From an uncultured delta proteobacterium (lineage in GTDB: Bacteria > Desulfobacterota > Desulfobaccia > Desulfobaccales > 0-14-0-80-60-11), in NCBI GenBank assembly GCA_963812015.1, contig CAWETI010000002.1, forward strand, positions 352,001-416,000: DNA of 64,000 nucleotides, given 5' to 3'. The notes under the pieces were generated by a model, which was given only the letters and a program-made list of their open reading frames with translations, made no database searches and had not been told where the DNA came from. Made by a program: the position numbers and the translations under genes. The number at the start of each line of letters is the position of its first letter. Position 1 is the first letter of the stretch. Shown here in pieces: positions 60,671 through 64,000 of the stretch.

Positions 60671-61317
60671 TCAAGGTCATATTGGCGGACGACCACCAGA
60701 TTGTGCGTCACGGGCTCCGCAGTCTACTGTCCGCGGAACCCGACATCGAGGTCGTGGGGGAAGCTGACAATGGGCGAGCCGTGGTCCGGATGGTCCAGGA
60801 ACTCTCGCCTCAGGTGGTGATCATGGACATTTCCATGCCCGACCTGAATGGCATTGAAGCCACCCGCCAGATATTGAGCGATACTACCGGGGTCAAGGTT
60901 ATTGCCCTGTCGATGCATTCCGACAGTCTCTTCGTATTGAACATGTTCCAAGCGGGAGCTTCGGGGTACCTATTGAAAGATTGCGCCCTGGAGGAGTTGG
61001 TCAAGGCCGTGCGCACGGTCATGAACCGCAAGATCTATCTCAGCCCCGGTATTTCCGATATCGTGATCAAAGACTTCGTCCTCGGGTGGTCTTCAACCGA
61101 CTCCTCAGCCTATTCGATCCTGACCGCCAGGGAACGGGAAGTGCTGCAGTTAATGGCCGAAGGCAAGACCACCAATCAGATCGCCGAAAACCTGTGCGTC
61201 AGTGTCAAGACGGTGGAGGCCCATCGCAAACAAATGATGAACAAGCTGGATATCCACAGCGTGGCCGAACTCACCAAGTACGCCATACGCCAAGGACTGA
61301 CTTCCCTGGAAGTTTGA
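60667..61317 (+). CDS. NarL/LuxR family response regulator 1
   Basis: LADDH, MDISMP, GYLLK, LTAREREVL..SVKTVEAHR; ATGA overlap with kinase. Confidence 0.96.
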   Translation: MIKVILADDHQIVRHGLRSLLSAEPDIEVVGEADNGRAVVRMVQELSPQVVIMDISMPDLNGIEATRQILSDTTGVKVIALSMHSDSLFVLNMFQAGASGYLLKDCALEELVKAVRTVMNRKIYLSPGISDIVIKDFVLGWSSTDSSAYSILTAREREVLQLMAEGKTTNQIAENLCVSVKTVEAHRKQMMNKLDIHSVAELTKYAIRQGLTSLEV

Positions 61318-61389
61318 GCCCGTCCCCAGCGCGGCGTTAGGAATTTCTCATCTCTAGAAGGTAAAAAATCAGGCATTGCGAACCGCAAA

Positions 61390-61406
61390 ATCAGGGAATC
61401 CCCGAC
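61390..61406. promoter_or_regulatory. Palindromic operator upstream of regulator 2
   Basis: ATCAGGGAATCCCCGAC. Confidence 0.5.
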
Positions 61407-61581
61407 TAGAAGAGCCCTGGCACTAAGTGTATAAGATAATGAAGAAAATCTTAGGTGAGTGCTGAGGGGGCGAATCGGGGGAGAGGTATCCCTCGGTCCC
61501 GGCCAGGGAGAGGCCTAAAAGCGACTTCACCAACCCCAAGGCGGCCGACGTTGGCGCCAGGAAAGCATCGAGGGAATTACC

Positions 61582-62271
61582 ATGGGCCAAAGAAAAAGTC
61601 CATTTCATGGCATGAACAGACCTATTAGGATCATCCTGGCGGATGACCACCAGATTGTGCGTCAGGGGCTGCGCATTCTCCTGCATGCGGAGTCTGACAT
61701 GGAGATCATCGCCGAAGCCGATAACGGGCGCAAGGTGCTCAAACTGGCCCAGGAATTGTTGCCCGATGTTATCATTATGGATCTGTCCATGCCCGAGCTG
61801 AATGGCATTGAGGCGACTCGGCAGATCTTGTCCGGGGCTCCTGATGTCAAGGTGGTGGCCCTATCGATGCATTCCGACAGCCTCTTCGTGCTCAACATGA
61901 TCAAGGCCGGCGCCTCGGGCTATCTGCTGAAAGACTGCGCCCTGGAAGAACTGGTCAAAGCCATCCGTACCGTGGTCAATCACAAAACCTACTTGAGTCC
62001 CGGGGTCTCGGACATCGTGATCCGGGATTTCGTGACCGGATGGCAGACTACGGGCACCTCGGCCTTTTCCGTCCTGTCGCCCCGAGAACGGGAAGTGCTG
62101 CAACTCATGGCGGAAGGCAAAACGACCAACCAAATTGCCGATGGCCTCTGTGTCAGCGTCAAGACCATAGAAGCCCACCGCAAACAGGTTATGACTAAAT
62201 TGGGGATTCACAGTGTGGCTGAACTTACCAAGTACGCCATCCGCCAAGGATTGACCTCTTTGGAGGTCTAA
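61582..62271 (+). CDS. NarL/LuxR family response regulator 2
   Basis: Close paralogue of regulator 1 with REC + HTH. Confidence 0.95.
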   Translation: MGQRKSPFHGMNRPIRIILADDHQIVRQGLRILLHAESDMEIIAEADNGRKVLKLAQELLPDVIIMDLSMPELNGIEATRQILSGAPDVKVVALSMHSDSLFVLNMIKAGASGYLLKDCALEELVKAIRTVVNHKTYLSPGVSDIVIRDFVTGWQTTGTSAFSVLSPREREVLQLMAEGKTTNQIADGLCVSVKTIEAHRKQVMTKLGIHSVAELTKYAIRQGLTSLEV

Positions 62272-62344
62272 ACCTGCCTGAGGATCCCAGGCCGAAGCAG
62301 TACCTTTCTTGTAATTTCAAAAATAAGGTTTTTCGGAAATAAAA

Positions 62345-62383
62345 ATTAGGGATTCCCTAAGTGTATTTTAGGGGAATCCCTAT
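62345..62383. promoter_or_regulatory. Tandem palindromic operators upstream of regulator 3
   Basis: TTAGGGATTCCCTAA (perfect 7-1-7) and TTAGGGGAATCCCTA. Confidence 0.65.
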
Positions 62384-62496
62384 ATTTTTATGCCCAGAGT
62401 GTTGTGCAAGCTGAGGGTGTTGGCCTGATGGCCGGAAAGTTGCCGCCTCGATCATATCCCGGCGCCACCAGGTCGACAGGTTGCCTTGGAGGCCGA

Positions 62497-62946
62497 ATGA
62501 CCATCAAGATTGTTTTGGCGGATAATCACCCCATCGTACGCCATGGCCTGTCCTTGCTCCTGGCCGGGGAACCTGATATGTGCGTGGTGGGTGAAGCAGA
62601 AGATGGCGGCGCCACCATAAAGCTCACCCAAGAACTTGCCCCGGACGTGGTGATCATGGATATTTCCATGCCCGACTTAAACGGGGTTGAAGCGACTCGC
62701 CAGATCTTGTCTCACTATCCCCAGGTCAAAGTAATCGCCCTGTCCATGCACTCCGATAGTCTTTTTGTCCTCAATATGCTCAACGCCGGAGCCTCAGGCT
62801 ACCTGCTGAAGGATTGCGCCCTGGAAGAACTGGTCAAGGCCATTCGGACGGTGGTAACCCGGAAAATCTATCTCAGCCACAGCTTATCTAACCTGCTGGT
62901 CGCGGATCTGGCCAATAAATTCTCTCTTGACAATTTTAAGCAATGA
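62497..62946 (+). CDS. NarL-type receiver-only protein (regulator 3, no HTH)
   Basis: GGAGG RBS; REC homologous to regulators 1 and 2 (LADNH, MDISMP, YLLK) but stops about 25 aa after KIYLS. Confidence 0.88.
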   Translation: MTIKIVLADNHPIVRHGLSLLLAGEPDMCVVGEAEDGGATIKLTQELAPDVVIMDISMPDLNGVEATRQILSHYPQVKVIALSMHSDSLFVLNMLNAGASGYLLKDCALEELVKAIRTVVTRKIYLSHSLSNLLVADLANKFSLDNFKQ

Positions 62947-63101
62947 TGGCTTGAGGATCAGGCGCTCCGGGGGGCGCTGAACTCGACCGGACCCGTGCGG
63001 GCATAAGCCGGGCACGGCAAGGGGCTTGGGCCGGGGGCGCCTCGGCATCCAGCCAGGTGCGGTTGCCGGGGCGCCGGTGCCTTCGTCCCCCCCGGCCGAT
63101 C

Positions 63102-63893
63102 TCAGTAGCCCACCGGTAGCCGGAAGAGGATATCCGCCAGTTCCTCGGCGCATTGGAGGGGCTGCGCGGTTTCGCCATGCAGCTGCAAGCATTCGGACCA
63201 CAAGCCCGGCAAATCCCGGCCGGCCGGTTCCCAGTCCACGTCCAGGGGAAAAAGGGGATTTGCCTGGCTGGCCGCCTCCCAGGCGGCAAAGTCGGCGAAC
63301 CGGGGGTCCAGGCCCTGGGCCCGTTCGAAGGCGCTGTGGGCAATATCTTGGTTGAAACCGGTGCTCCAGAAGAACTCGATGAGGCCCGGCACCGACTCGG
63401 CCAGGGGCACACCTTCCAGCATCTCCGGGCGGTAGCGCAGGCAAACCCGTTGGCTGCCGTGGTGACCCGGCTCCCCCCGGACGTTGGGCAGGTTGGTATG
63501 GTACAGGGTATCTTCCAGCGAACTCAGGGCGCGGTTCCGGAAGAACATCTTCATTTCCTCGAAGCCGTCCCGGTAAAAGGTCAAGACATAGATGATGTAA
63601 GGGAAGGCCAGGCGGTGGGCCTGGTAATCGTTCGCCCCTTTTTTGCCGCCGCTGACCCGGAGAGTGCGGCATTGGGGGGGATGTTCCACCACCAGGTAAA
63701 GCAGGTCTTTCTTCCGGCAGAGCCAGCGGGTGCCCGGGGGTAAGAGCGGCAACGGCGGCGGCATGACTCGGGCCACGTAACGCAACACCGCGTCCAGGGG
63801 CGCCCGGCGGCTCACCCGCCCCGGCCCGGCCCCAGCCTCCTCCTGAAGGATTATCTCACTGCCCTCAATGACGATCTTGTCTCGGATGGCTAT
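63102..63893 (-). CDS. Prokaryotic E2-like protein (Prok-E2_D-like)
   Basis: LPPG, VVEHPPQ.R, LAFPY, LY...LPNV...RVCL, FFWSTGFN, W...S..NP pattern; start is GTG at 63815 or in-frame ATA at 63893. Confidence 0.65.
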   Translation of the reverse strand: MAIRDKIVIEGSEIILQEEAGAGPGRVSRRAPLDAVLRYVARVMPPPLPLLPPGTRWLCRKKDLLYLVVEHPPQCRTLRVSGGKKGANDYQAHRLAFPYIIYVLTFYRDGFEEMKMFFRNRALSSLEDTLYHTNLPNVRGEPGHHGSQRVCLRYRPEMLEGVPLAESVPGLIEFFWSTGFNQDIAHSAFERAQGLDPRFADFAAWEAASQANPLFPLDVDWEPAGRDLPGLWSECLQLHGETAQPLQCAEELADILFRLPVGY

Positions 63894-63912
63894 TTTTTTC
63901 CTTGCTTCTTGA

Positions 63913-63938
63913 TTCCCCCCTTTTTCAAAGGGGGGGAA
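63913..63938. repeat. Solo REP-like hairpin of the MITE A/B cargo type
   Basis: TTCCCCCCTTTTTCAAAGGGGGGGAA. Confidence 0.6.
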
Positions 63939-64000
63939 AAACCCGCTGCATTGTATGCAATATTAGGCTTTTTTCCCTTTGCCGATGATCGCACAAATGA

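Noticed and set aside
62884..63672. Alternative minus-strand ORFs overlapping the E2-like gene as partner genes
   Set aside because: Out-of-frame overlaps with low-complexity P/G/R composition; no E1, JAB or Ubl motifs

Overview
GC-rich bacterial chromosome segment. The gene content (sigma54 amtB-glnK operons, NrfHA, group 3b [NiFe] hydrogenase, class III PHA synthase, DHH-CBS tRNA nucleotidyltransferase beside xerD) suggests an anaerobic Desulfobacterota/deltaproteobacterium; this is inference. 1-14 kb is housekeeping (M20 hydrolase, mce, dxr, rseP, tsaB, tRNA nucleotidyltransferase, xerD, rlmB, tsaC, ROK kinase). 14.5-19.5 kb holds two tandem amtB-glnK units, each with its own -24/-12 promoter, plus a putative porin. 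20-27 kb is a group 3b hydrogenase operon ending in gapN. 27-53 kb has redox, PHA, ABC transport, nrfHA, hemW-lepA and small genes. The best candidate for an undescribed system is 53.4-62.9 kb. It combines a FadL-type outer-membrane channel, an overlapping acyltransferase plus atypical enolase-superfamily operon, a divergent soluble V4R-like/GAF/PAS histidine kinase, and three NarL-family paralogues (one lacking its HTH). A shared palindrome (WTYAGGG-W3-CCCTRA) recurs across its promoters, so it resembles a synthase-importer-sensor circuit for a lipid-derived signal. The window ends with a prokaryotic E2 (family D-like) gene. Intergenic DNA carries several MITE families with REP-like cargo and a purine/pyrimidine-skewed hairpin repeat, one copy of which is translated in frame at the start of hemW. 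No rRNA, tRNA or CRISPR array was seen. All product calls come from motif recognition, not database searches.
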